64,000 nt of DNA from Eledone cirrhosa. Its lineage: Eukaryota. Numbering within the stretch: the stretch's first letter is position 1; every line of letters begins with the position of its first letter. The notes beneath the pieces are model-generated. The model saw nothing but the letters and a program-made list of their open reading frames with translations. It did not search any database and had not been told where the DNA came from. Positions 60,001-64,000 of this stretch are shown here, one piece after another. The stretch lies in NCBI GenBank assembly GCA_964016885.1, contig OZ024743.1, forward strand, positions 137,516,001 to 137,580,000. Reading direction: 5' to 3'. Both the position numbers and the translations under genes were made by a program.

Positions 60001-63000
60001 TGGTGTTTGGTGTTTGCTGTATGGTGTTTGCTGTTTCGTGTTTGGTGTTTGCTGTTTGGTGTTTGGTGTTTGCTGTTTGGTGTTTGGTCTTTGGTGCTTG
60101 GTGATTGGTGCTTGGTGCTTGGTGTTTGGTGTTTGGTGCTTGGTGTTTGGTGTTTGGTGCTTCGTGCTTGGTGCTTGGTGTTTGGTGCTTGGTGTCTGGT
60201 GCTTGGTGTCTGGTGCTTGGTGTTTGGTGTTTGGTGTTTGGTGCTTGGTGTTTGGTGTTTGGTGCTTGTTGCTTGGTGCTTGGTGCTTGGTGTTTGGTGC
60301 TTGGTGCTTGGTGTTTGGTACTGGGTGCTTGGTGTTTGGTGTTTGGTGCTTGGTGCTTGGTGTTTGGTGTTTGGTGTTATATGCTTGGTGTTTGGTGCTT
60401 GGTGCTTGGTGTTTGGTGTTTGGTTCTTGATGCTTGGTATTTGGTGCTTGGTGCTTGCTGCTTGGTGTTTGGTGCTTGGTGATTGATGCTTGGTGTTTGG
60501 TGCTTGGTGCTTGGTGTTTGGTGCTTGGTGTTTGGTGTTTGGTGCTTGGTGCTTGGTGTTTGGTACTTGGTGCTTGGTGCTTGGTGTTTGGTGCTTGGTG
60601 CTTGGTGTTTGGTGTTTGGTGTTTGGTGCTTGGTGCTTGGTGTTTGGTGCTTGGTGCTGGGTGGTTGGTGTTTGGTGCTTGGTGCTTGGTGTTCCGTGCT
60701 AGGTGCATGGTGCTTGGTGTTTGATGCTTGGTGCTTGGTGCTTCGTCTTTGGTGTTTGGTGTTTAGTGCTTGGTGCTTGGTGCTTGGTGCTTGGTGCTTG
60801 GTGCTTGGTCCTTGGTGTTTGGTGCTTGGTGCTTGGTGTTTGGTGTTTGGTGCTTGGTGCTTGGTGCTTCGTGTTTGGTGTTTGGTGCTTGGTGTCTGGA
60901 GCTTGGTGTTTGGTGTTTGGTGCTTGGTGTTTGGTGTTTGGTGCTTGGTGCTTGGTGTTTGGTGCTTGGTGCTTGGTGTTTGTACTTGGTGCTTGGTGCT
61001 TGGTGTTTGGTGCTTGGTTCTTGGTGTTTGGTGCTTGGTGTTTGGAGCTTGGTGCTTGGTGTTTGGTGCTTGGTGCTTGGTGTTTGGTGTTTGGTGCTTG
61101 GAGCTTGGTGTTTGGTGTTTGGTGCTTGGTGTTTGGTTTTTGGTGTTTGGTGCTTGGTGTTTGGTGCTTGGTGCTTGGTGTTTGGTGTTTGGTGTTTGAT
61201 GCTTGGTGTTTTATGCTTGGTGCTTGGTGTTTGGTGCTTGGTGTTTGTATTTGGTGCTTGGTGCTTGGTGTTTTGAGCTTGGTTCTTGGTGTTTGGTGTT
61301 TGGTGCTTGGTACTTGGTGCTTGGTGTTTGGTGCTTGGTGCTTGGTGTTTGGTGTTTGGTGCCTGGTGCTTGGTGTTTGGTGTTTGGTGCTTGGTGTTTG
61401 GTGTTTGGTGCTTGGTGCTTGGTGTTTGTTGCTTGGTACTTGGTGCATGGTGTTTGGTGCTGGGTGCTTGGTGTTTGGTGCTTGGTGTTTGGTGCTTGGT
61501 GCTTGGTGTTTGGTGTTTGGTGTTTGATGCTTGGTGTTTTATGCTTGGTGCTTGGTGTTTGGTGCTTGGTGTTTGTACTTGGTGCTTGGTGCTTGGTGTT
61601 TTGTGCTTGGTTCTTGGGGTTTGGTGTTTGGTGCTTGGTACTTGGTGCTTGGTGTTAGGTGTTTGGTGCTTGGTGCTTGGTGTTTGGTGTTTGGTCCTTG
61701 GTGCTTGGTGCTTGGTGTTTAGTGCTTGGTGCTTGGTGTTTGTTGTTTGGTGCTTTCTGTTTGCTGCTTGGTGTTTGCTGCTTGGTGCTTGGTGCTTGGT
61801 GTTTGGTGTTTGGTGCTAGGTGCTTGGTGTTTGGTGTTTGGTGTTTGATGCTTGGTGTTTGGTGCTTGGTGTTTGGTGCTTGGTGCTTGGGGCTTGGTGT
61901 TTGGTGCTTGGTGCTTGGTGCTTGGTGTTTGGTGATTGGTGCTTGGTGTTTGGTGTTTGGTGTTTGGTGCTTGGTGCTTGGTGTTTGGTGCTTGGTGCTT
62001 GGTGCTGGGTGGTTGGTATTTGGTGCTTGGTGCTTGGTGTTTGGTGCTTGGTGCTTGGTGCTTGGTGTTTGGTGCTTGGTGCTTGGTGCTTGGTCTTTGG
62101 TGCTTGGTGTTTGGTGTTTGGTGCTTGGTGCTTTGTGTTTGGTGCTTGGTGATTAGTGTTTGGTGCTTGGTACTTGGTGTTTGGTGCTTGGTGTTTGGTG
62201 TTTGCTGTTTGGTGTTTGGTGTTTGGTGTTTGCTGTTTGGTGTCTGCTTTTTGGTGTTTGGTGTTTGCTGTATGGTGTTTGCTGTTTCGTGTTTGGTGTT
62301 TGCTGTTTGGTGTTTGGTGTTTGCTGTTTGGTGTTTGGTCTTTGGTGCTTGGTGTTTGGTGCTTGGTTCTTGGTGTTTGGTGTTTGGTGCTTGGTGTCTG
62401 GTGTTTGGTGCTTGGTGTTTGGTGTTTGGTGTTTGGTGTTTGGTGCTTGTTGCTTGGTGCTTGGTGCTTGGTGTTTGGTGCTTGGTGCTTGGTGTTTGGT
62501 GCTGGGTGCTTGGTGTTTGGTGCTTGGTGCTTGGTGTTTGGTGTTTGGTGCTTGGTGCTTGGTGTTTGGTGTTTGGTGTTATATGCTTGGTGTTTGGTGC
62601 TTGGTGCTTGGTGTTTGGTGTTTGGTTCTTGATGCTTGGTATTTGGTGCTTGGTGCTTGCTGCTTGGTGTTTGGTGCTTGGTGATTGATGCTTGGTGTTT
62701 GGTGCTTGGTGCTTGGTGTTTGGTTTTTGGTGCTAGGTGCTTGGTGCTTGGTGTTTGGTGCTTGGTGTTTGGTGTTTGGTGCTTGGTGCTTGGTGTTTGG
62801 TACTTGGTGCTTGGTGCTTGGTGTTTGGTGCTTGGTGCTTGGTGTTTGGTGTTTGGTGTTTGGTGCTTGGTGCTTGGTGTTTGGTGCTTGGTGCTTGGTG
62901 CTGGGTGGTTGGTGTTTGGTGCTTGGTGCTTGGTGTTTCGTGCTAGGTGCATGGTGCTTGGTGTTTGGTGCTTGGTGCTTGGTGCTTGGTCTTTGGTGTT

Positions 63001-63050
63001 TGGTGTTTAGTGCTTGGTGCTTGGTGCTTGGTGCTTGGTGCTTGGTCCTT
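52750..63050 (+). repeat. Block of about 4 kb repeated with 6.2-6.6 kb offset (about 52.75-56.85 kb versus 59.35-63.05 kb)
   Basis: Matching translations at 53890/60434, 54187/60703, and 55259/61531, 55387/61659, 55884/62156 (offset 6272). GGTTCCT marker near 53075 and 59667. Confidence 0.82.
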
Positions 63051-64000
63051 GGTGTTTGGTGCTTGGTGCTGGGTTCTGGGTGGTTGGTGTTTGGTGCTTG
63101 GTGTTTGGTGCTGGGTGCTTGGTGTTTGGTGCTTGGTGCTTGGTCTTTGGTGTTTGGTGTTTGGTGTTTGGGGCTTGGTGCTTGGTGCTTGGTGTTTGGT
63201 GCTTGGTGCTTGGTGTTTGGTGCTTGGTGCTTAGTGTTTGGTGCTAGGTGCTTGGGGTTTGGTGTTTGGTGCTTGGTGCTTGGTGTTTGGTGTTTGGTGC
63301 TTGGTGCTTGGTGTTTGGTGTTTTCTGTTTGCTGTTTGGTGTTTGGTGTTTGGTGTTTGCTGTTTGGTGTCTGCTTTTTGGTGTTTGGTGTTTGCTGTAT
63401 GTTATTTGCTGTTTGGTGTTTGGTGTTTGGTGTTTGGTGCTTGGTGCTTGGTGTTTGGTGCCTGGTGCTTGGGGCTTGGTGTTTGGTGTTTGGTGCTTGG
63501 TGCTTGGAGTTTGGTGTTTGGTGCTTGGTGCTTGGTGTTTTGTGTTTGGTGTTTGGTTTTTGGTGCTTGGTGCTTGGTGCTTGGTGCTTGGTCCTTGGTG
63601 TTTGGTGCTTGGTGCTTGGTGTTTGTACTTGGTGCTTGGTGCTTGGTGTTTGGTTCTTGGTTCCTGGTGTTTGGTACTTGGTGCTTGGTGCTTGGTGTTT
63701 GGTGCTTGGTGCTTGGTGTTTGGTGTTTGGTGTTTGGTGCTTGGTGCTTGGTGTTTGGTGCTTGGTGCTTGGTGCTGGGTGGTTGGTATTTGGTGCTTGG
63801 TGCTTGGTGTTTGGTGCTTGGTGCTTGGTGCTTGGTGTTTGGTGCTTGGTGCTTGGTGCTTGGTCTTTGGTGCCTGGTGTTTGGTGTTTGGTGCTTGGTG
63901 CTTTGTGTTTGGTGCTTGGTGATTAGTGTTTGGTGCTTGGTACTTGGTGTTTGGTGCTTGGTGTTTGGTGTCTGCTGTTTGGTGTTTGGTGTTTGGTGTT

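Larger units (their letters stand above)
1..64000 (+). repeat. Tandem heptamer satellite array, consensus (GGTGYTT)n, about 9,100 units, extending past both window edges
   Basis: Seen directly: every line consists of GGTGTTT/GGTGCTT plus single-base variants (GCTGTTT, GATGCTT, GGTACTT, GGGGCTT, GGTTCTT, AGTGCTT). The 7-bp register is exact over long distances, e.g. unit starts at 1 and 2402 (343 units) and at 2415 and 4823 (344 units). No reverse-complement (AARCACC) tract seen on +. Confidence 0.99.

Noticed and set aside
20-63926. Hundreds of overlapping ORFs (e.g. 21426..24002 +, 9002..11338 -) as protein-coding genes
   Set aside because: They overlap in all frames, encode the same heptapeptide repeat, mostly start at GTG/TTG inside the repeat, lack any unique domain, and end at sporadic variant stops. 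They are artefacts of a stop-free 7-mer.
1-64000. CRISPR array
   Set aside because: There are no unique spacers between constant repeats, and no leader or cas genes; everything is heptamer-derived.
1-64000. Canonical telomere repeat (TTAGGG, TTTAGGG, TTAGG)
   Set aside because: The consensus lacks A and GGG. TTAGG occurs only as a rare variant (GGTGTTA-GG), never in tandem.
1-64000. Pure sequencing or low-complexity artefact, or a randomly simulated repeat
   Set aside because: Rare variants and indels recur in the same order in separate copies with small copy-specific differences, which random error would not produce. Misassembly of individual blocks cannot be excluded without reads.
1-64000. 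Hairpins, inverted repeats, tRNA/rRNA or transposon ends
   Set aside because: With A almost absent on + and no reverse-oriented tract, extended Watson-Crick stems or terminal inverted repeats cannot form, and no non-repeat sequence is present.

Overview
The whole 64-kb window is one uninterrupted, single-orientation tandem array of a 7-bp unit, consensus GGTGYTT (GGTGTTT and GGTGCTT intermixed; reverse complement AARCACC). That is roughly 9,100 units (64000/7). The + strand is almost entirely G and T, and A is nearly absent. I see no unique sequence, credible gene, RNA gene, transposon, CRISPR array or inversion, and both array ends lie outside the window. Every ORF in the track is a translation of the heptamer (VLGAWCL-type on +, TKHQAPS-type on -). 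The array has clear internal structure: (i) a heritable C/T order of units; (ii) islands of a third unit, GCTGTTT; (iii) one recurrent 6-bp unit, GTACTT, that accounts for most register shifts; (iv) rare-variant landmarks in a conserved order; (v) nested duplications with offsets from 104 bp to about 18 kb; (vi) three regional layers with private markers. It is best described as a G/T-skewed heptamer satellite with irregular higher-order structure. Host, location (telomeric, centromeric or other) and function cannot be determined from this window. All counts and boundaries were read by eye and are approximate.
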